A stretch of DNA of 64,000 nt from assembly GCA_002503985.1 (NCBI GenBank), contig DASW01000007.1, positions 108,435-172,434 on the forward strand, in the 5' to 3' direction. Position numbers and translations under genes: made by a program. The notes under the pieces are model-generated. The model saw nothing but the letters and a program-made list of their open reading frames with translations. It did no database searches and was not told the DNA's origin. Shown in pieces: positions 38,963-48,505 of this stretch; position 1 is the first letter of the stretch; each line of letters starts with the position of its first letter. The DNA comes from Thermoplasmata archaeon UBA61. GTDB taxonomy: Archaea > Thermoplasmatota > Thermoplasmata > Lutacidiplasmatales > UBA184.

Positions 38963-39840
38963 GGAAATTCGACCGCTACGCTCGCCGCAAGCTCTTGAGC
39001 CAGATCATTGCCGTGCTCACTGGGCTCTGCGTCCTAGCCGTCCTCTACCCACTCGTGAGCATCGTGTACGAGTCGTTCCTTCAAGGAGGGGCCGTTCTCT
39101 TCCAGGCCCAGTTCCTCACGTCGGAGGCACCCAACGCCTGTTCGGCAATCTCGTGCAAGACCGTCGGAATCGGACCCGCCGTTCAGGGGACGCTGATTGT
39201 CGTCGGCCTCGCCGCGGCCATCTCGGTCCCGGTGGGCATCCTCGCCGCCATCTTCGCGTCCGAGTACCGCGCTCGGGGCCTCGGGCGGGCGGTCAGCTTT
39301 ATCGCGGACGTCCTCACCGGAGTACCCTCCATCATCATGGGGGCGTTCATCTACGGTTACTTCGTCATCTACTACCCGCAAATCGCCCTCAGCTTCTACA
39401 CGGGCGCACTCGCTCTTTCCGCCATCATGATCCCGATCGTCGTGCGGACGACCGAGGAGGCCCTACGAGTGGTCCCCAACTCCATCCGGGAAGCCGCACT
39501 GGCCCTCGGCATCTCGAAGTGGAAGGCCACGCTTCGAATTGTCCTGGTCGCCTCGTTGCCGGGCGTCGCCACAGGGGTCCTGCTCGCGGTCATGCGAGCC
39601 GCGGGCGAAGCGGCCCCGCTTCTCTTTACCCTGGGCTACTCCACGCTCTGGTTCCAGGGCTTCAACCACCCGGGGGCGAACCTACCGATCCTGATCTACA
39701 CCTTCGCTCTGAGCCCGTACTCGAACCAGGTTAAGGTCGCCTGGGGCGCCACGCTTTTCCTCCTCATCCTCATCCTTGTCGTGAATGTGATTTCGCGACT
39801 GGCGATCCATCGGATGCGGGTCCGGATGGGAGGAATCTAG
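38959..39840 (+). CDS. pstA: Phosphate ABC transporter permease
   Basis: GVPSIIMG, REAALALG, RAAGEAAPL; ATGA overlap with pstC. Confidence 0.93.
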   Translation: MRKFDRYARRKLLSQIIAVLTGLCVLAVLYPLVSIVYESFLQGGAVLFQAQFLTSEAPNACSAISCKTVGIGPAVQGTLIVVGLAAAISVPVGILAAIFASEYRARGLGRAVSFIADVLTGVPSIIMGAFIYGYFVIYYPQIALSFYTGALALSAIMIPIVVRTTEEALRVVPNSIREAALALGISKWKATLRIVLVASLPGVATGVLLAVMRAAGEAAPLLFTLGYSTLWFQGFNHPGANLPILIYTFALSPYSNQVKVAWGATLFLLILILVVNVISRLAIHRMRVRMGGI

Positions 39841-39846
39841 AGTACC

Positions 39847-40602
39847 ATGAACCCAACCAAGCTCAAGGTCGACCACCTCACTGCCTACTACAGCGAGAAA
39901 GCCGCGATCACCGATGTCTCCATCGAGTTCCCCGAACGAGCCGTCAGCGCCATCATCGGACCGTCTGGCTGCGGAAAGTCGACGTTGATCCGCTGCCTCA
40001 ACCGTATGCACGAGACCGTCGTCCGGACCCGGGTGGAAGGGCAGGTCCTGCTCGACTCGGAGGATATCTACCAGCTTGACCCCGTGCGGGTGCGCCGACG
40101 GATCGGGATGGTCTTTCAGAAGCCAAATCCGTTCGTCACGATGTCCATCTACAACAACGTGAGCGCCGCGCTTCGATTCAACGGACGACCTTCGAGGGAG
40201 GAGACCGACCGGCAGGTGGTGCGCAGCCTCCAGCAGGCGGCCCTCTGGGACGAGGTCAAGGAACGGATCGACGCGCCCGCGGTCTCCCTCTCCGGCGGCC
40301 AGCAGCAGCGGCTCTGCATCGCGCGGGCACTTGCGGCGGAACCCGAGGTCCTTCTCATGGACGAGCCGTGCTCGGCCCTGGACCCAATCGCCACCGCGAA
40401 GATCGAGGAACTGATCAAGCAGTTGAAGACGGAGTACACGCTCGTGATCGTCACGCACAACATGCAGCAGGCGGCCCGCGTCGCCGATTACACCGCGTTC
40501 ATGTACCTCGGAAAGCTCATCGAGTTCGGACCGACCGAGGAGTTGTTCGAACGGCCGAAGGATTCTCTCACGGAAGCGTACATCACAGGAAGGTTCGGAT
40601 GA
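39847..40602 (+). CDS. pstB: Phosphate ABC transporter ATPase
   Basis: [41 protein letters not shown]. Confidence 0.95.
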   Translation: MNPTKLKVDHLTAYYSEKAAITDVSIEFPERAVSAIIGPSGCGKSTLIRCLNRMHETVVRTRVEGQVLLDSEDIYQLDPVRVRRRIGMVFQKPNPFVTMSIYNNVSAALRFNGRPSREETDRQVVRSLQQAALWDEVKERIDAPAVSLSGGQQQRLCIARALAAEPEVLLMDEPCSALDPIATAKIEELIKQLKTEYTLVIVTHNMQQAARVADYTAFMYLGKLIEFGPTEELFERPKDSLTEAYITGRFG

Positions 40603-41360
40603 ACAAAGATCCCCTCGCCGACACAGGACGACCCCGCGGTTACGACCTCGAGATCCGTCAGCTGAAGGCTCGCGCGGTGGCGATGGGAGAATGGGCGTTC
40701 GCGATGGTCCGGGACGGATGGCGAGCGTTCTGCGGGGGGGACCTCGTGGCCGCGCAGGCCGTTCTCGACCGAGGTACCGAGCTCGACCGGCTCGATGAGG
40801 ACATCGAGCATGCAGCCATCGCCTTCCTCGTCCTTCGCCAGCCCACGGCCGGCGACCTGCGGACCGCCGCCGGTTTGCTGAAGATCACCACGCATCTTGA
40901 CCGGATCGGTCGGCTCGGGTTCGACATGGCCCGAATCACCACCGAGGGCGCTCCCAGTGAACCCGCGGACCTCCGAGAGGTTCTCGAACGGATGGACTCC
41001 GTGGTCGAATCGATGGTCAGCCAATGCCTCGAGGCCTTGGGACACGACCGAGCGGACCTCGCTCGCGACCTGTTCCGCAGGGACGATGAGGTCGACCAGC
41101 TCCATCGCGATGCCAACCGGATTATCCTACGGGAGCTGAACGCGAAAACCAGCAATACGACCCGGGTCGCGGACGACCTACTCGTGGCGCGTCATTTCGA
41201 GCGAATCGCCGACAATGCCTGCAAGGTTGGGGAGAAGACGGTCTATGCACTCAGGGGTCAACGACGGTCGGAGTACCTGCCCCGCCACCGCTACATACCC
41301 TACACCCTCGAGGGACCGACGTCGACACCGAGAACGACAGATGATTCGCCTCCCGTCTGA
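40599..41360 (+). CDS. phoU: Phosphate uptake regulator
   Basis: [26 protein letters not shown]; last gene of the pst operon. Confidence 0.9.
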   Translation: MNKDPLADTGRPRGYDLEIRQLKARAVAMGEWAFAMVRDGWRAFCGGDLVAAQAVLDRGTELDRLDEDIEHAAIAFLVLRQPTAGDLRTAAGLLKITTHLDRIGRLGFDMARITTEGAPSEPADLREVLERMDSVVESMVSQCLEALGHDRADLARDLFRRDDEVDQLHRDANRIILRELNAKTSNTTRVADDLLVARHFERIADNACKVGEKTVYALRGQRRSEYLPRHRYIPYTLEGPTSTPRTTDDSPPV

Positions 41361-41489
41361 CGGCGACTTTGCCTTCGATTAACGAGGCCGTCTGTTTCGA
41401 ACTTCCCTGATTCGTGGTCTCGGGTACACCTTGACCATCGTTCACCCGGCGGTGAACGTACATATTCTCCTTGCAACAGACATCGGACT

Positions 41490-41864
41490 GTGCCCTACAA
41501 GGATCCTGCTAAGCGACGTGCGTACAACCTGGCCTATCGGCGAGAGTACTATCGGAGTCACAAGGTCGAATACCTCGCCAAGAACCGGGTTCGGAAGAGG
41601 GCGGCCCGACAATTCCTCTCAGGTGTGAAGCGACGCAATCCTTGCGCCCGATGCGGAGAATCCGACTTGCGATGCCTCGACTTTCATCATCGAGGTGGTC
41701 ATGAGAAACTCGCAGGGTTGTCTATCATGGCAACGGACGGGGCTGCGATTGCCTCCCTGGAAAGGGAACTGCGCAAATGTATCGTCCTTTGCAAGAACTG
41801 CCACGCGAAGGAACACTTCAAAGGGACCGGCGATTCAGGGAAACGGCCGGGGACGCTCCCGTAG
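41490..41864 (+). CDS. HNH endonuclease-like protein
   Basis: CARCG...LDFHH...KCIVLCKNCHAKEH zinc-finger HNH pattern with a basic helical N-terminus; stop codon lies inside the tRNA. Confidence 0.8.
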   Translation: MPYKDPAKRRAYNLAYRREYYRSHKVEYLAKNRVRKRAARQFLSGVKRRNPCARCGESDLRCLDFHHRGGHEKLAGLSIMATDGAAIASLERELRKCIVLCKNCHAKEHFKGTGDSGKRPGTLP

Positions 41865-41954
41865 TCTAGTCCGGTCAAGGATAGAGGGCCTTCGAGGCGC
41901 CCCATGGGGCGTCGAGGAAACCCTCCAACGCGGGTTCGAATCCCGCCGGGAGCA
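41855..41954 (+). tRNA. tRNA-Glu(TTC) with a 25-nt intron at 37/38 (41895-41919)
   Basis: Acceptor GCTCCCG/CGGGAGC+A, D stem GTCT/GGAT, anticodon stem GAGGG/CCCTC, T arm GCGGG-TTCGAAT-CCCGC; BHB with CCTT/GAGG helix and CGA and AAA bulges; position 33 is C. Confidence 0.88.
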
Positions 41955-41997
41955 TCCCAAACATGGTTTAATACCGCCGTACTGACATGCCGAAACC

Positions 41998-43302
41998 GTG
42001 CCTCGGTCTCCGATGGGCGGTATCGAGATCCGCGAGTTCCTTTCCCTTCCGAGCCTCAGGGCTTGGTATGAGAACGTAGCTCGAGGGTCACGGATCACGG
42101 CCGACGTCTACTCTCGTTCCCTACGCCTATTCTGTCACCTGACAGAGAAGGACCCATCCTCGCTGCTTCGACTTGCGGAGCCACAGCTCCATTCAATCCT
42201 GCTCGAGTTCGTGACCGCCGAGGAGAAACGGAAGCAGGCGGGCAGCTCGACGGCGACCCACCTCAAGGCGGTGAAGTCGTGGCTCGCGTTCAACGGTATC
42301 CGCATCACCCGACCCGTCAAGGTCCGTCGCGTGCAGGAGACGCCGACACTCGCGGAAGAGCGTACCCCCACCCAAGACGAGCTGCGCCGAGTGTTGCTCG
42401 CAGCGACCGCTCGAAACCGAGTATCCTGCGCGATGATGGCCTTCTCGGGCGTTCGTCCAGAAGTCCTCGGGAGTTACCTCGGCGATGACGGTCTCCGCGT
42501 CAAGGACCTCCCGGAGTTGCGGATCCGCGGCTCCGAGGTGCGTTTTGAGCGAACCCCGGCGACGGTGGTGGTCCGCTCCACTCTCTCCAAAGCCGGACAC
42601 CGATACTTCACGTTCCTGGGGGAAGAGGGGTGCGGGTACGTCGCCGAGTACCTCCGCTCGAGAGTCAAGGAGGGAGAGACCCTCGGTCCCGAGTCCGACA
42701 TCGTTCACGCTGAGGCCGGCCACAGCACCCTGCGTGGAGGAAACACGTTCATCCGGACAACCAACGTCGGGGATGGAATCCGTCTCGCCCTACGGAAGGG
42801 GGGTTTCCCGTGGCGTCCGTACGTGCTTCGTGCCTACTTCGATACCCAGTTGCTGCTTGCCGAGTCGAAGGGCAAGGTCGCCCACGACTACCGAGTGTTC
42901 TGGATGGGGCACAAGGGATCGATGGAGGCCCGGTACACGACCAACAAAGGACGCCTCCCGCAGAATCTCGTCGACGACATGCGCGATGCATACTGTCGGT
43001 GCGAACCGTTCCTGTCGACAGTCCCCTCACGAAACGAGCAAGATGCCCAAGCAAAGATGGCGAAGACCATGTTGATGGGCCTTGGCTACACGGAGGCAGA
43101 GCTCGCCGCGATTGACTTCGAGAATCTGGACGTCACGTTATTCCAAGACCTCGTCACGAAGAAGATGGTCTCCTCAGGTGCGGGTGCAAAGCAGCAGCTC
43201 GTAGACGCGGGCGATCTTCCCCGCTACCTCGAACAGGGCTGGACTGTCGTCACCGCGGTCAATGGACACCAAGTCGTGCTGAATCCACCGGCGTCACGAT
43301 AA
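41998..43302 (+). CDS. Tyrosine recombinase / site-specific integrase
   Basis: Catalytic set R (SGVRPE), K (LSKAG), YxxR (YVLRAYF), H (WMGH), Y (ARYTTNK); SAM-like N-terminal domain; TTTAATA about 25 nt upstream. Confidence 0.9.
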   Translation: MPRSPMGGIEIREFLSLPSLRAWYENVARGSRITADVYSRSLRLFCHLTEKDPSSLLRLAEPQLHSILLEFVTAEEKRKQAGSSTATHLKAVKSWLAFNGIRITRPVKVRRVQETPTLAEERTPTQDELRRVLLAATARNRVSCAMMAFSGVRPEVLGSYLGDDGLRVKDLPELRIRGSEVRFERTPATVVVRSTLSKAGHRYFTFLGEEGCGYVAEYLRSRVKEGETLGPESDIVHAEAGHSTLRGGNTFIRTTNVGDGIRLALRKGGFPWRPYVLRAYFDTQLLLAESKGKVAHDYRVFWMGHKGSMEARYTTNKGRLPQNLVDDMRDAYCRCEPFLSTVPSRNEQDAQAKMAKTMLMGLGYTEAELAAIDFENLDVTLFQDLVTKKMVSSGAGAKQQLVDAGDLPRYLEQGWTVVTAVNGHQVVLNPPASR

Positions 43303-43528
43303 GCCGGAACCATCCGACCACCTTCGCCGCATACTCCTGACGGGGGATCTCGTCGGGTTCGCCAAGGACCAGGATCCGCAGAGGGTGGGAAGGGTCGAGA
43401 CTCTGGGCCATCGCCTTCATCTCGCGCAGGGAGACCAAGAGGTCCGCACCCCCGAAGCGCACGAGGGATGACGACCGGGAGGCAGTAGTGAGGGCTCCCG
43501 CCCTGGAAATCGGTGTTCCGCGGGCCAT
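43259..43528 (-). CDS. Small integrase-associated protein
   Basis: Convergent with and overlapping the integrase 3' end; protein-like core LREMKAMAQSLDPSHPLRILVLGEPDEIPRQEYAAKVVGWFRL; start uncertain. Confidence 0.45.
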   Translation of the reverse strand: MARGTPISRAGALTTASRSSSLVRFGGADLLVSLREMKAMAQSLDPSHPLRILVLGEPDEIPRQEYAAKVVGWFRLIVTPVDSARLGVH

Positions 43529-43675
43529 CCCGGTCGCCACCGAAGTCGTCGAGCGAGTCCTGCCATAAGAATCGAGTTTCCCCGATGAAGCGTGGAAGCT
43601 GCTCGGCGTCGAATCTCCGTTCAGATTCCGCCGGGTGAAGTAGCCCAATAACCCCGAATCGGCGCTCGCCTATGC

Positions 43676-46600
43676 ATGGACAGCGGACCCGTCCATCGCG
43701 AACTGTTGCTGCCGACGCCGACCAAGGACCCGCCCGAAATCCCGCCGCTCGTCTGGGCCTCGTCGACCCCGTTCTGGCTGGAGATCCACCGAGAGACGAC
43801 CGGACGAGTGCGATACTCGCTCGGTTCCAGCTCCGTATCGGACCTCGAGGCGATGCTCGCCTGCCTCGAGAGCACGCGCCCCCGCTTGACGGGAGGCGCG
43901 CCGATCGAATGCTTCGCCGCGACGCTCGTTCCGGAAGGGGTCTATGCTCGGGCCGTACCCGTCCAGAAGCACCACCACCTGCCCATCCAGGTCCAACCCA
44001 AGGTGGACAGCGCGAGCTTCCTTCTGCGGACCCTCGGTTCGCGGACGCTGCGCGACCACGACGTACTCCTGCAGCTCCTATTTCGAAGGGTCCGAGGCTG
44101 GGAATCGAGTTTCTTCTCGCCCCTCTACGATACGGTCGCCCAGCGCCAGGCCCACCAGCTGAGGGGCCAGATGGAGGTTCGCCAGGGCGAAGCCGCCTAT
44201 CACGTCGAGCTGAGGACGAACATCAAGGGACCACAGCCGGAGGAGGCGCTGACCGCGCTCGGTGCCTGGCTGGGGCAGTGGACGACCACTGGGGGAGTGC
44301 CCTGGAGGCGGTGGAAGGTCATCCGCCCCAGGGCGGAGTGGGGATTCCACGCGGCTCTGGCCAGCCACGACCTCCGCCGATACTCGAGCAGGAAGGCCCG
44401 TCGGAACGTTTCCGGCACGGAGCTCGCGCATCTGCTCAGCATACCTTGGGCCACTCACCACCCGGAATGCTCCTACGCCGGGGCGCCTCGTAGCCAGCCG
44501 GCGCCAGAACTCGTCGTGCGTCCGTCCTCTTCCCCCAGCTCCCCCGCCGACGCGCGGCTCATGGTTGGGGTCAGCGGCTCTCGCCGGGTCACACTTCCGC
44601 GGGAATGGAACCACGTTGCCATACTTGGCAGGACCCAGTCGGGTAAGTCGACTCTCGCCCTCAATCTCGTCCTCCAGACGCTGAGAAAACACCCCAACTC
44701 CACCGTCGTCGTGATCGAGCCCACCGGGACGCTGGTCGAGGGGATCGTGTCGCGACTTCCCCGCGAAATCGCCTTGGAGACCGTAGAGATCGACCCCGCC
44801 CACGCCACCTTCCAGCAGGGTGACGCGACCATGGTCTCGGTCCCCCTCTCGTTGCTCCTGCCGCCGGAGCGGGCGGACGAATTGCCTTCGGTCCGCGATC
44901 GCTGGTCGGAGGCGCTCGCGGGCGACCTCCTCGCCGCGATCCGGAGCGCCTGGGGGGAGGAGAGCATCGGGGGCCGGGCCGAATTCGTCCTGCGCGCACT
45001 GGTGCAGGGCCTCGCACTCACGCCCGGCTCGAACCTGGTCGACGCCTACCACATCCTCACTTCGAAAACCGCGCTCCAGCGGTTTGTCAAGTCCGCGCCG
45101 CCCGGGCCGCTGAGAGACTTCCTCGAACACCACCTCCCTCGCCTCGACTACACGTTCACGATGTCGTCCCTCGACAAGGTCGGTAAGGTTGCAACCAATT
45201 CCCTCCTCCGGATCGCGCTCTGCCAGCGGAACCACGCGGTCTCGTTCGACCGGCTGCTCGGGCATCGCCTGCTCCTCCTGAACCTCTCCAAGGCCGCCCT
45301 GGGAGCGGACGGGGCGAACTTCCTGGGGGCGATCTACCTAACCCAGCTCTGGGCCGCCGTTCAGCGGAGCGGACGGCCGGATCGGCCGGTCTACCTGGTC
45401 CTCGACGAGGTCCACAACTACGCCGTCCCGGCGCTCGCCGACATGCTGAGCGAGGGGGCGAAGTTCGGGCTCCACGTCGTGGCCATCACCCAGTACCTCC
45501 ACCGGGTGCCGCTGAGGGTCCGGGCGGCCCTCCTGGGGAACGTCGACGCTTGGTTGCTCTTCTCCCTCGGGACGGAGGACATGGACGACGCGTGGAAGAT
45601 CGTCAACGGGGAGACCCACGGGTGGCTACCTCAGGACCTCGTGGACGGGCTCCGGCCTTACGAAGTCGCGATGGCGGTGTCAGGAGACCTTCTGAAGCTG
45701 GGAACGCGCCCCAGCCCTCCTCCAGACGCGCAGGCGAACGACCTGAGGGACGTCGTGACGACGAGCTCTCGAAGGTATGCCCAGCCCGAGGACTCGGAGG
45801 CGTCGCCCTGGCTTGTGGGTCAGGAAATGGTTGAAGTCATACTCAGGGGGCTATCGATTCAGCCCAAGACACGCGAGGAGCTAGCCGCCGAGACTGCGCT
45901 GGCAGCAAATCGACTGGACGGAGCGCTCAGCGTCTCCATCACCTCTGGAGATATTGAACAAGAGCCGACTCACGGGAAGTTCCGCCTGACTTCCCGCGGA
46001 GACTTCCACCTCCGGGCGCTCGAGTCGCGGAGGAACGAGGGGTCGGACCACTCTGACCTGCTAGCGGACGGCGTAGCCCCTCTTCAGGGTCTCCGGCCAC
46101 GGGTCACGGCGCAGGGTGGAGTGCTCCCTCAGCCGGACGGCGTATTCGAATGGAACGGGCAGACCTACAATCTGGAGGTGGAGACGAGCAACTTGGTCAA
46201 GCACCCGGAACAGGTAGTCCGCAATCTTCGGAAGGCTCTGGCGATGGAACGACCGTGCCTCTTTGTAGTTCCGGACCGGGAAAGCGCCGGACAGCTCTTC
46301 CAAATCCTGGCCCGAGCCGCCCCCGAGGTTGCGCTTTGGAGGGAGTTCGGGCTGATGTGGAAGGAAGGGCCGGGAAAGTTCCTTCCCTACATCTCGGGCT
46401 CCGGGCAGCCATGGAGCTTCTTGATCGATGGAAGGGGGTCCGCGGGGGGTGTGGTTCCACCGAGCACAATCTTTCCCCAGGCCATCAGTTCGGCGGATTC
46501 GGACCTTTCCCGAGTGCACCTTCGTGTCAAACAACTCTTGGCCGAAGGCAAGTCAGAGGCGACCTTGCAAGACTTCGCCGATCTCTTCGGTCCTGGCCAG

Positions 46601-46819
46601 GGCGGTGTCCTCGAACGGCAGCGCCTTGGGATGGCCCTCATCGCCCTTGGTGTGAAGAGCCGAAGGGTCCGCACGGCGGACGGCCAGGAGCGCGTCTACG
46701 ACATCGGTCAACTGGCAGATTCGGTTGGCAGCTCACAAGACGGGGCTACGAGGCCCGCGGACCACAGTCGCAACGAAGGCGACAACGGGAACGATTCCGG
46801 GGTCGGACCGAACAACTGA
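43676..46819 (+). CDS. VirD4/TraD-like coupling ATPase with C-terminal wHTH and PD-(D/E)XK-like domains
   Basis: Walker A GRTQSGKS, VIEPTG, Walker B YLVLDEVHN, EGAKFGLHVVAITQY, LLGNV; later PDGVFEW...LEVETS. Confidence 0.8.
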   Translation: MDSGPVHRELLLPTPTKDPPEIPPLVWASSTPFWLEIHRETTGRVRYSLGSSSVSDLEAMLACLESTRPRLTGGAPIECFAATLVPEGVYARAVPVQKHHHLPIQVQPKVDSASFLLRTLGSRTLRDHDVLLQLLFRRVRGWESSFFSPLYDTVAQRQAHQLRGQMEVRQGEAAYHVELRTNIKGPQPEEALTALGAWLGQWTTTGGVPWRRWKVIRPRAEWGFHAALASHDLRRYSSRKARRNVSGTELAHLLSIPWATHHPECSYAGAPRSQPAPELVVRPSSSPSSPADARLMVGVSGSRRVTLPREWNHVAILGRTQSGKSTLALNLVLQTLRKHPNSTVVVIEPTGTLVEGIVSRLPREIALETVEIDPAHATFQQGDATMVSVPLSLLLPPERADELPSVRDRWSEALAGDLLAAIRSAWGEESIGGRAEFVLRALVQGLALTPGSNLVDAYHILTSKTALQRFVKSAPPGPLRDFLEHHLPRLDYTFTMSSLDKVGKVATNSLLRIALCQRNHAVSFDRLLGHRLLLLNLSKAALGADGANFLGAIYLTQLWAAVQRSGRPDRPVYLVLDEVHNYAVPALADMLSEGAKFGLHVVAITQYLHRVPLRVRAALLGNVDAWLLFSLGTEDMDDAWKIVNGETHGWLPQDLVDGLRPYEVAMAVSGDLLKLGTRPSPPPDAQANDLRDVVTTSSRRYAQPEDSEASPWLVGQEMVEVILRGLSIQPKTREELAAETALAANRLDGALSVSITSGDIEQEPTHGKFRLTSRGDFHLRALESRRNEGSDHSDLLADGVAPLQGLRPRVTAQGGVLPQPDGVFEWNGQTYNLEVETSNLVKHPEQVVRNLRKALAMERPCLFVVPDRESAGQLFQILARAAPEVALWREFGLMWKEGPGKFLPYISGSGQPWSFLIDGRGSAGGVVPPSTIFPQAISSADSDLSRVHLRVKQLLAEGKSEATLQDFADLFGPGQGGVLERQRLGMALIALGVKSRRVRTADGQERVYDIGQLADSVGSSQDGATRPADHSRNEGDNGNDSGVGPNN

Positions 46820-46830
46820 GCGCCCGGTAC

Positions 46831-46924
46831 GCGCCGACCTTGTGCCGACGGTGCCGACGTGCCAGTGTATGAGGAAAGAGGGTACGTTCTATCGGCACAG
46901 CAGGGTCGACACAATCATCGGCAC
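46831..46924. repeat. Iteron-like cluster of direct and inverted GTGCCGA repeats
   Basis: GCGCCGAC 46831, GTGCCGAC 46842 and 46851, GTGCCAG 46859; inverted TCGGCAC 46892 and 46918, GTCGACAC 46905. Confidence 0.55.
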
Positions 46925-46988
46925 TGAATTCGGTCAGTGGTCTCGAATGGCTCAGGACTCGCCGACGGTTGTCGTCATGCGAGCGAAT

Positions 46989-47058
46989 CGCCCGTGATCA
47001 CCTGCCTCCGCCACGCGGGAGGGGCCCACGAACGAAGTGAGTGGGAGGGACCCGCGCC
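46989..47058. repeat. Hairpin repeat R0
   Basis: Starts CGCCCGT, ends GGACCCGCGCC; central CCCAC-GA-ACGAAGT-GA-GTGGG aligns with R2; 14 nt past the stop of 47073..47336. Confidence 0.65.
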
Positions 47059-47072
47059 AAGCCGCCGGCTCG

Positions 47073-47336
47073 TTAGGGGAAAAACGCTCGCATATCCTTT
47101 CGCGAGACCTCAAGGATCCTCGCACCTGTCACGGCCAGAACAATCCCGACCGCCAGGATCGCGAAGAACGCTCCCACGTTGAACCCGGACGCATCGGGAA
47201 GGCATCCCGGGTCCGCGACGCACGCGTTGAAAACCGCGAGGGCTTCCACGCCCGCCGCGATGAAGATCAGACCGACCGCGAGAGTGACCTCTCCCGCGCC
47301 ACGGAACGCGAAGGCGGCTCGAACGTTCCCCGCCAT
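47073..47336 (-). CDS. Small 2-TM membrane protein with a Cys pair in the loop
   Basis: Two hydrophobic helices flanking CVADPGC; starts 6 nt after the DUF932 stop. Confidence 0.65.
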   Translation of the reverse strand: MAGNVRAAFAFRGAGEVTLAVGLIFIAAGVEALAVFNACVADPGCLPDASGFNVGAFFAILAVGIVLAVTGARILEVSRKDMRAFFP

Positions 47337-47342
47337 TGTCCC

Positions 47343-48218
47343 TCACGCGGGGGCGGTTGCCGCATCCGAAATGAGCAACGCGCTCGCTGCGGCCCGTTCG
47401 AACCCCCGGGACCGCTCCGGGCTCACGCGCGGGCCAACCTCATGCGTAAGGATCTCGGTCGCAACCTGGTAGGCCGACCAGCGGGTGAGGAGCGCGTTGT
47501 GCGAGGCAGCTGCCTCCGCCCGCGCACCAATCGTGGTTGCGTAGACGCGGGGGAGCCCCGCCGCGATGAGCAAGGGTGTCACGTCCTCCGCGAGGACCTC
47601 ATCGCCCATCGCGTCCGCGTAGACCTGCAGCGCGTCCCGGAAGCGGCCCAGGATCGTGTGAATGGCCTTCTGGAGCATCGCCATCAGGTCCGTCTCCGAG
47701 GAGAGGTGGACCTCACGAAGCTCCACTAGGGAGTGCATTCCCGCATAGAGCTGGTTCGCGCAGGCGATCCGCACCCCCGTTCCCTCGGCCCGGACCGCCC
47801 AACTCCCGTCCAGGCTGTTCATCACTCGGACGCCGGGATAGACGGACTCCCCCGGCGCGAGCTCGTACCGGGTCCCGACCACGAGTCGGACCTCCATCCG
47901 ACGTCCTCCCGCGAAGAGGCGGATCTGCTCGCGGGGGAACACGGGGGCGTTCGCGTCCAGGACGGGGCGTTCCAGGGCCTCCCCGATGGCATGGACAGCT
48001 TCCGCGACCTCGCGGTGCTGCACGAGCTGGTAGCGGTCGCTCACGATCGACACGACCTGGGAGGTGTCCTTACGGCGGACGCCCCGGTAGGCCTCGAGGG
48101 GCTCCCCCTGGGGTCCATGTACGGGGACCAGGTCATAGAGGGGAACCTGGTCGGGAGTGACCACGGTCTCGTACGGTCGGCGCAGGTTCTGGCTTTCGGT
48201 CGGGTTCGAGGCTATCAT
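47343..48218 (-). CDS. DUF932-family phage/plasmid-like protein
   Basis: RKDTSQVVSIVSDRYQLVQH, NSLDGS, RIACANQL and the downstream His are DUF932-type motifs. Confidence 0.78.
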   Translation of the reverse strand: MIASNPTESQNLRRPYETVVTPDQVPLYDLVPVHGPQGEPLEAYRGVRRKDTSQVVSIVSDRYQLVQHREVAEAVHAIGEALERPVLDANAPVFPREQIRLFAGGRRMEVRLVVGTRYELAPGESVYPGVRVMNSLDGSWAVRAEGTGVRIACANQLYAGMHSLVELREVHLSSETDLMAMLQKAIHTILGRFRDALQVYADAMGDEVLAEDVTPLLIAAGLPRVYATTIGARAEAAASHNALLTRWSAYQVATEILTHEVGPRVSPERSRGFERAAASALLISDAATAPA

Positions 48219-48420
48219 CGTTGTCCTCGGTCACGAGGGACAACGAGGGAGCCTCGCCAGAGGACTAGGTCCCTCGAGACGCGAGGGCACGGCTCGCGAG
48301 GTCAGCAATCTGCGGCACCCGCCTCAGGGTTCAGGGCGTGCTCCGCGTCCTCTATAGAAACAACGGGAACTCCGGACCGGAGCTGTCCTTCCGTGACCCC
48401 AAAGCACGCATAGAACTACG

Positions 48421-48494
48421 CCGCCTTGCGCCCGTCGCGCGCGAGCGTCTCGACCCGGCCCGGGGAGTCGCGACCGCCGCCCGCGCCACCTTCA
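48421..48494. repeat. Hairpin repeat R1
   Basis: CGCCCGTCGCGCGCGAGCGTCTCG...TCGCGACC-G-CCGCCCGC...CCTTCA, closely matching R3; 11 nt past the stop of 48506..49357. Confidence 0.8.
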
Positions 48495-48505
48495 CGCGGG
48501 CGCGG

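Noticed and set aside
41855-41954. tRNA-Arg(TCG) reading of CT-TCG
   Set aside because: The GAGGG/CCCTC stem and BHB register place TTC at 34-36, and the acceptor stem and D arm are of archaeal Glu type
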